Positions 48,781 to 64,000 of a stretch of 64,000 nucleotides of DNA are shown in pieces (positions within the stretch are counted from its first letter, which is position 1; every line of letters begins with the position of its first letter). The stretch lies in the NCBI RefSeq assembly GCF_009914755.1, contig NC_060939.1. One strand, 5' to 3'. A program made the translations under genes and the position numbers. The stretch comes from the human T2T-CHM13v2.0 reference genome, Homo sapiens. The notes under the pieces were generated by a model that saw nothing but the letters and a program-made list of their open reading frames with translations, was not told the DNA's origin and did not search any database.

Positions 48781-49767
48781 AGTCAGGTCTGGATTCCACG
48801 CTGAGGCCATGGAATTGGGGCTGTGGTAGAGCTGGCTTCACACCAAGCAAGGAGCTGAGAGTGGAAGCTCTCAAAGCATGATCAGGACACTATTTCTATC
48901 ACAAATGCAATACAATGTCCACTGCTGTGAAGGAACACTGGGATATACTTGTTCCAGTGCTTCTATTATCAAAGTGGACAGGTTAGACAGTGTGAGCTTC
49001 AAGAGAAATTTATGCTCTTTTAACTGTGTTAATTTTGTTTTTTCTTTGCTTTGGCATTGCCAGGAACTCTCTGTAAAATGGGATTTATTCTTGTTATATT
49101 TTTAGGTATTATATAGAACCTGTGTAAATCAGTTGGGAAGATATATAAGTCAATGGAGAGATAGTTCAGAGATACAAAACCCCACCACTGTTTAGTAAGG
49201 CATCTTTCCTGGCTTGCGAACTTACTGAGAGTACATGAGGAAATGATTAAACCTGCAACCTCTTTCTGTGAAATATGGCATACTATGTAGAAATATTTGG
49301 TACACCTTGGAAGAACAAGTCTTTAGTATCAGGGACACTCAGTTTGAAGGCTCCTTGTAATAGCTTCTTCTGTACAAGTTCACTAATGTGAAATTCATTG
49401 AGTCCATACTGTGAACCAGACACTATTAGAGGGGCAGGAGAGAGGGGGTAAACACAGCATACTTCAAGGAGCTTACATTATAGTGGGAGGAGCCAATAAA
49501 CACACAAGATAAATAAGGTACTTTCAGATTGAGATAAATGCTATGGAAAAAACTGAGTAATACGCAAGAGAGGGACTAGATTAGAGTGGGTCAATTTAGG
49601 GAGGGTGGCCAAGGAAGGTTTCTCTGAGGAGGATCATTTGAGCTGAGGCCTGAATGATGAGACGACATCAGCCATGCAGATAACAATTTAGGAATTCCCA
49701 AGGAGGACAGAGGGCTCAACCGTTTGGGGAATTTAGGGTAGACTCCTGCCTTCAAAGTTGGGTTTCA

Positions 49768-51290
<1,523 letters not shown>

Positions 51291-51936
51291 AATATATGTG
51301 AGCACCAGAGCTCAACATTAGGAGCATTTCTGAGATTTGGAGCTATTCAACAATGGAAGTTCCTGGCACACACATCAGGTATTCACAATACCCTTTCTCA
51401 GGTGTTTGGTCACTGCTAGTGAGCCGCCGGGATCAGTGTTTCCCAAATGGCAGTCATTTGCATCTTTGCTTTTCTTTTGGGGGCGGGGGGGTAATATCCT
51501 GTACCAGATTTTTGAAAACTGACATTAAAAATACATGTTTAAAATGTGCAAAGTGCACTAAAGTGCACTGGATGTATTTTTTATTCATGTATATACTTTT
51601 GTTATCTATCACCCAGGTCAAAATACAGAACCAGCACCCCAGAGGGTTCCCTCCTCCTCCTTCCCAGCCAATAATCTTCTCCTCCTACCTAACCGCTGTT
51701 CTTACTTCAATCACTATCAACTAGTTTTACACGTTCTTCAACTGCATATAAATTGTCTCAGTTTTTTACTTAACACTTTTCTTGAAGTGCTTTCGTTTTT
51801 TGCCACTTTTTATTTGACCTAAGAAATAACATTAATGAAACAGTGGTTTGACGTGATAGGCATTTCCCTCCTAATGCGCACTAAAAACACTTAACTATTT
51901 GAAAAAAGAAGTTTCTTCGTGTACCAACTAATATAT

Positions 51937-52353
51937 TCTCCGCCCTGTCTCCAGAAACCGCCCTTCCTCTGTGGGCCGGTGGTTACCGGCACCATTGGTA
52001 CACGGACCACATTTTGTTTCCCAAAGCAACCAGATGATTTTTGAGGTCCTTTGCAGCTCGAACACGGAATGACTTTGTGGTGATCGAGTAGCCAGAAGTT
52101 CACGGAATGCACTGTCACAATTGTGATTCCGCCATAGCGCCGTGCATCCATCCAACACTTGTTTAATACCTATATTTAATACCTAATACCTTAGACGGTC
52201 CTAGGCTGTGGACACAGAAGACTAAACCCCACTTCCTGAGTTGAAGTGGGGGAAATAGAGGAGTAAATCATTTCACGATGTGTGGTTAAGTGCTGCAGCT
52301 CAGGTAACCACCAGTACACAGAGGAAGGGCGGTTTCTGGAGACAGGGCGGAGA
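51937..52353. repeat. 51-bp inverted repeat (arms 51937-51987 and 52303-52353, 315-bp spacer)
   Basis: tctccgccctgtctccagaaaccgcccttcctctgtg is the exact reverse complement of 52317-52353; ORF track shows TEEGRFLETGRR on both strands. Confidence 0.97.
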
Positions 52354-52419
52354 GGAGACCGTGGGTGGGCATTTCCCAGAGCAGCCTCTGCCAGCCACCC
52401 TACTTTGATCACTTTGCCG

Positions 52420-53495
52420 CCGAGCAGCAGCGGCGGTCAACCTCAGCCTCCCTTAGCAACCTGAGTGCCCCGTCCAGGAGCCTTACTATTGGTCTCATGC
52501 AGCGAGATGGGCAGTTCTGCCGTGCAATCCCAGCTCGCAGTTCTTGCTCCGCGTGTACTCACGGGAGGACTCGCAGGCGTTACCGCCTTCCCGCGTGCCC
52601 CGCCCACCCTCCCGAGCGTCTTTCGGCGCATGCGCGGACTGGAGCTGTGTGCAGGGCCAGCGCGGAGCCCGAGCAGCCGCGGTGAAGCGCCTGTGCTCTG
52701 CCGAGACTGCCGTGCCCATTGCTCGCCTCGGTCGCCGCCGCTTTAGCCGCCTCCGGGGGAGCGGCCGCCTATTGTCTTTCTCCGCGGCGAAGGTGAAGAG
52801 TTGTCCCAGCTCGGCCCGCGGGGGAGCCCCGGGAGCCGCACGGTGAGAGCGCAACTTAGTTGGCGGAGTTGGGGGAAGTTTTGTGATTTGTGGGTCGGGG
52901 CGCGGAGCGCGGCCAGTCCCCTGCGGTTGCTCGGTGGGGCGGGCCCCGGAGGAGGGGCGGGGGCTGCGGGGGTTTCGGGGGCGGGCTGGACAGACGGGTC
53001 GCCGGGCGGCGCCGGGACCTCAGGTCTGCGGACCCCTCCTCCCTGCGCATCGCCCTTCTCCCGCATTGTCTGCTTGGGGCTCGGCGCGCCTCCCACTCCG
53101 CAGCCCAACTTAGAGGCCGTCGCCGCTTTCCGGGTGGGGGGCGCGCCCGGCCGCCGATGCTACCTCAGGCGCTCCGCCCCCAGCGAGGCCCCGAATCCTT
53201 GCCCCGGGTCCCCGGGTCGGCGCCGCCGGGGCGGGCTCACTCCTCCCCTGGGGCGGGCGGCCGCGGTGTGGAGTCCCCGCCGTGGAGTCCGCGCCGTGAA
53301 CAAGTGCTGCGGGCGCGAGGGAGCGGCTCCCCGGGGTCGACGCGGACGGTAAACACGTCGGGCCGCGCCTGCCTGTCGGTGCCTCTCCGCGGCTTCTCGG
53401 GGGTGCGGCCCAGCTGACCCGCGCGGGTCGCAGGCGAGCGGCCCAGGAGACCCGTGCGGTCCCCACGCGCTCTGGGACCCGTGCAGCCAGCCGGC
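52420..53495 (+). promoter_or_regulatory. CpG-island promoter with NRF1 site GCGCATGCGC (52626-52635), GC boxes, reverse CCAAT (52488-52492) and RFX half-site tagcaac
   Basis: Abrupt rise in GC and CpG density relative to CpG-depleted flanks; motifs read directly. Confidence 0.93.
52636..52842 (+). other. AKAP13: Non-coding first exon (5'UTR), probably AKAP13; TSS approximate
   Basis: No ATG in the segment; donor ACG|GTGAGA at 52842/52843; matches my recollection of the AKAP13 mRNA 5' end (ggactggagctgtgtgcagggccagc...gggagccgcacg); not database-verified. Confidence 0.7.
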
Positions 53496-55111
53496 TCAGC
53501 TTGCAGCTATACTTTGATACCAAACAAAACTTTTTTTTTTTTTTTTGGTAAATACGGTTTACTGCTTTTTTTTTTTTTTTTTTTTTGCAAAGCCACGAAG
53601 TATGTGAAGTTGAAAAAAGGAAAAACCCTAAAACTTTTTAAAAAAAAATCAAGAAAGGGGGTAGATAGGTTTGTTTTGTTTTGGAAATAGTTCTTATAGC
53701 GGAGTGATACCGTCCCATTTAATTTTCTAGATCCCGGAATTCACAATGAAAATTGGATTGAGCGGTATTTTGGTGTTCATTCTTTGCTAATGACACTCCT
53801 TAATGAAGTTATTTGGAGAGTTTATTGCTTCAGTACAGTAAAAACCAGTGTGCCTTTTTTTTTGTTAGTAGTCCCCCCCACAACAAGTGTTTTATTTTTA
53901 GAAGAAGCATTTTCTTCAGTTTTTCTGAACTGTTGGATTGCGCAGATGAGGACAAACGGTGCAGTTCTTGAAAGGTCATTATTGGCAAGTTTGTGAAGAA
54001 GCTAAGATCAGTTGAGATAAATCATTGTTACTATTCTTGTATTCTGTCGTGGACTCTTGGGGATTTGCAGGCTGCATTAAGTACAAGTTTTGTCAAGTTT
54101 GGGTGCACATATTACACTTAATTTGGTTTGTGTGGCTTATTATATGAACATGATTCTGTTTCAGTTCCCCAGATGGAACTAGCTTAAATGTCTGTCATTC
54201 ATAGTGGAGCAAAATGGCCAGAGTGTCATTTATTGTTAACTTCAGTTGTATTCCTTTACCATCTGCTAAATGAAAAAGAAAAATTTGAGAAATACTGTGT
54301 GTGTCAGTTTGCTCAGAGTGATTTCTCGTGCTAAGTGAGTCCTGTGGAGAAGCGTTCCTGGGCTTTTCTGGTTTGGTGGGCCTTGTGTTATAAAACCAAT
54401 TTTCTTCACCTGATGAAGCTAAAGACAAATTTTCTTCAGGTACAGCCATTGCACTTTTAAATTACAGAGCCGCTTTTAGGATTCACAGTACTCGCTCCAT
54501 GGCTTCCCTTCCTGGTTGTGTGGTTTTGTGTGTGTGATTGTGGGGAAGGAGGTTGACAGAGGTTGGAAGGGATTGTCAGGGAGGGACATAATGTAAGCAA
54601 GTACTACTTACAACATGACGTGACGAGTGCACTAGTTGCTTTCCTTCTCTGGGCGGTGATGGCATGTTATACTGTAGGTACTATTGTTTTAGGATTTCTC
54701 ACACTTCTTTTGCCTTGACTAAATGGTAACTGCACACATACTATACTATAAATGGACTCCTCCTCTAGTCCTTTAACTCCTTGAGGGCTGTGATAGACCT
54801 TATTTAGCTTTTTACCCTCTTTGCCGGTAGTCTTAACATAGTGCAGGCACGGTACGTGTTTGAATTGGGTAAATTATTTTTACTGCCTAGTGGTAGCTAG
54901 CGTACACAGGAGAGAGCCACTAACTGGGGACCTGTCCAGAATGACAGTTCACTTGCAGATCTGTGATGACATTTACTTTAAAAGGATTTCTAACCTTTTT
55001 TTAATCTGTCAATTATTTTTTGAAAAGAAGTGGGTTTAACTAGCGCTCTAAGGATTTCAACAAGAGGTTCCAATTTAGAAATCGGCCCCCCCCTTTTTGT
55101 GAAATTATTAT

Positions 55112-56840
<1,729 letters not shown>

Positions 56841-57094
56841 TCATATTTATAGTTTTCTCGTCCACCTACAAGTTGATTGTGACGTTATGAATAGAAGATG
56901 AATGGATAATGTGTTTTTGTCAGACCTTGCTGTAAGGATGGACCTGGTACTGAAATACCGTGATTGTATGAACATTTGTGTGGGGCAATGCTGTGTTCAG
57001 TGCCTGGGGAATGTGGATATCAGTGTGTTTGTATGATATGGGTGCTAGTATGGGAGAGAAGGAAAACGTGTGAGGTTTTTGACCATTTATGTCA

Positions 57095-57230
57095 CTCTGT
57101 AAGCTCTTCTCTGGCTACTTTGGTGCTATAGTAGCAGAGTTGAGTAGTTACAACAGAGACCATGTGATCTGCAAAGCAGAAAATATTTACTATCTGGGCT
57201 TTTACAGAAGTTTGCTGACCCTTTTTCTAC
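57095..57230. mobile_element. MER58 hAT MITE fragment
   Basis: 'gcagagttgagtagttacaacagagacc...aaaatatttactatctgg..tttacagaagtttgctgaccc'. Confidence 0.85.
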
Positions 57231-57419
57231 ATAACCAACTGCAGTTATTCACAACAAGAAAGATTAACGTTAATTCTATAATATTATTCAATACCTATTC
57301 AACTTTCTCTATTTGTCTCCCAAATATCTTTTATAGTTGATTAAGAAAAATTTTGGACAGAGTAAAATTAAAGTTCACTCAGCACATCATTATGTCTCTT
57401 TAGTCTCTATTTTTTCATT

Positions 57420-61595
<4,176 letters not shown>

Positions 61596-62149
61596 CCTTT
61601 GGGTGAGTATGCTTTGTTGGTGGTTCTTAAAATTTCATTACAGGATTCTCAAAATCTTTGGGGGTATAAATAACAAAGAAGTATTTGTTGACTATCTTCT
61701 GACAGTAGCTCAGCCATTGCTTTGTGGGAAATACAAAACAATGTAGGTATCTTTTAGTTGAAGAGGCACATGGTACATACCTAAGATTAATCAAAGAAAT
61801 GAATTGCTATGGTGATGAACAGAAAGAGAAGGATCACTATAATCTATTATTTTCTGTCCCCCCGTGGGGGAGTCTTCCAGTGAAAAGCAGAAAACCTGCT
61901 AGACAGATTCTAAAAGATCTGTAACACTTGTGATCTGGTGTTTTCATGTAGAAATGCTTGCTTTTGCGTTTTTGTTTCTTAGCATATATGCTTTATGTCG
62001 CAAGTTGTAGTGAGTCAGTGGGTAGAGTGCTGGCTCTTTCAGGTGCATTTGCTATTTATTTACTATGCAGCTTTAGGTAAGTTATTTGTCTCTGAAATCT
62101 AATCTTCTCTTTTCTCTTGGCAAATGGTTATATGACATACCTTGTAGGG

Positions 62150-63070
62150 TTGTTTGTTAATTTTTTCAAGTATCTTTTGTTTGTCAGGCACGGTTCTAGG
62201 TAATGGGAATTCAGTGACATCTGTAGTTGCTGCCGTTAATCTATATCCTATTGAGGGAAGTAGAAAATAAACGAGTGAACAAACAATTGCAGTCATGTCT
62301 GGTGGTGATGATTCTAGGAAGGATATGAAGAGTATTAGCAGAGATTGGGGAGGTCAGACAAGGCCTTACTGAGGAGGTGAGATTTGAACAGACCTGAAGA
62401 AAGTCAAGGGAGCAAGTCACATGAAGATTCAGAGGAAGTATGGAAGGAACATCAAGTGCAAAGGACCTGAGATGGGAGAATGAACAGGGAGCCTGGTGTG
62501 GCTGGAATGGGTGAGAAAGAGCGTGAGGAGATAAGGTTTGTATGTGTAGCCAGAGACCAGATCAAATAGGCTCTTAGGTATGGTGGGAAACAGCTGAAGG
62601 ATTTGAGCAAGGCATGACAAGGTTGATTTAGGCTTTAAAAACTTTACTCTTGGCATAGGGAGCAGTAGTGGAAACGGAGAGACTAGTTAAGAGATTTGCA
62701 GTCGTTCAGGCTAGAGAAGATGGTGGCTTGGATTAGGGTGGTAGCAGCGAAAGTGGTGAGAAGCGGTTTGAATCCATATACGCTGAAAATAGAACTATAG
62801 GATTACTTACAGATTGGAAAAAGGTTCTAAAGGAAAGAAAGAAATTAAGGAGGATTCCTAGGTGTTTTACCTGAACAACTGGGTAAATGGGGAAGATGTG
62901 GAATCAGTTTGCTGAGAGGTTGAAATTGTGATTTCCCTGTTGACATGCTAAGTTTGAGATCTGTGAAATTTTTAAGTGAAGGTATCAGTAAGCATTTGGA
63001 TATACAGTTCTGGAGTTCAGTGATGGTCTGGACTGGGTGTATGAATTAGAGAATTGTAGATAGAGAAGGG
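62150..63070 (-). mobile_element. L2 remnant
   Basis: 'gaggaggtgagatttgaacagacctgaag...aagtgcaaaggacctgag...gatggtggcttggattagggtggtagcag'. Confidence 0.85.
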
Positions 63071-63482
63071 AGAGTGGGAGGTTTTAGTGGGAATTAGGGA
63101 TATATAAAGCTCCATAATAGGGGCTCATGGCATAGTAGTTAATAATCATGACAGTCATAAAACAACCACCACTATGTATAGTAACTAAAGGAAGGCTAGA
63201 TATGAATGAAGGAAGATGGTAGTGACCTAAAACAATTATCTTGCATATTATATCAGAATTAGTTAGGATTCTAAACATGCTGAAAACTTTTCTTCTCTAA
63301 GCATGATAAAAATATTAGTGAACTCTATTTTCCATTTGTAGTCTGTAAGGATATTGGTGATAGTGGAAAGATAATGACGTTTTTATGTGATGCTAGTGTA
63401 TTATTTGAATGTACTTCACATACACATATACGAAGATAGTCTGGAAGGAGGCTACTGCAAAGTAGATGAGGGTAACTTTTGA

Positions 63483-64000
<518 letters not shown>

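Noticed and set aside
52365-53523. Several overlapping 100-183 aa ORFs over the CpG island
   Set aside because: Low-complexity G/R/A/P translations on both strands, expected from stop-codon scarcity in GC-rich DNA; no domain resemblance, and the + strand ORFs run through the splice donor.

Overview
Primate (human-like) genomic DNA with no credible protein-coding exon. The window holds roughly 50 Alu copies or fragments plus MIR, L2, old L1, MaLR (MLT1) LTRs, hAT MITEs (MER5/MER20/MER33/MER58) and microsatellites. A CpG island at ~52.4-53.5 kb carries an NRF1-type promoter and an ATG-free first exon (donor at 52842/52843) on the + strand. From memory this looks like non-coding exon 1 of AKAP13 (needs a BLAT check). 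The rest of the window is intron 1. The ORF track is almost entirely Alu, repeat or GC-rich noise. I found no convincing new multi-gene system. The most unusual structures are: (1) an AluY flanked by a ~190-bp direct duplication that looks like a giant target-site duplication; (2) a 51-bp inverted repeat with a perfect 37-bp core just upstream of the promoter; (3) a fossil Gypsy-type integrase core at ~26.6 kb; (4) a near-complete LTR-int-LTR MLT1 provirus splitting a MIR, which appears to have exchanged sequence with a neighbouring LTR; (5) an Alu-in-Alu inverted hairpin in intron 1. Repeat family names are by-eye assignments and most repeat boundaries are approximate.
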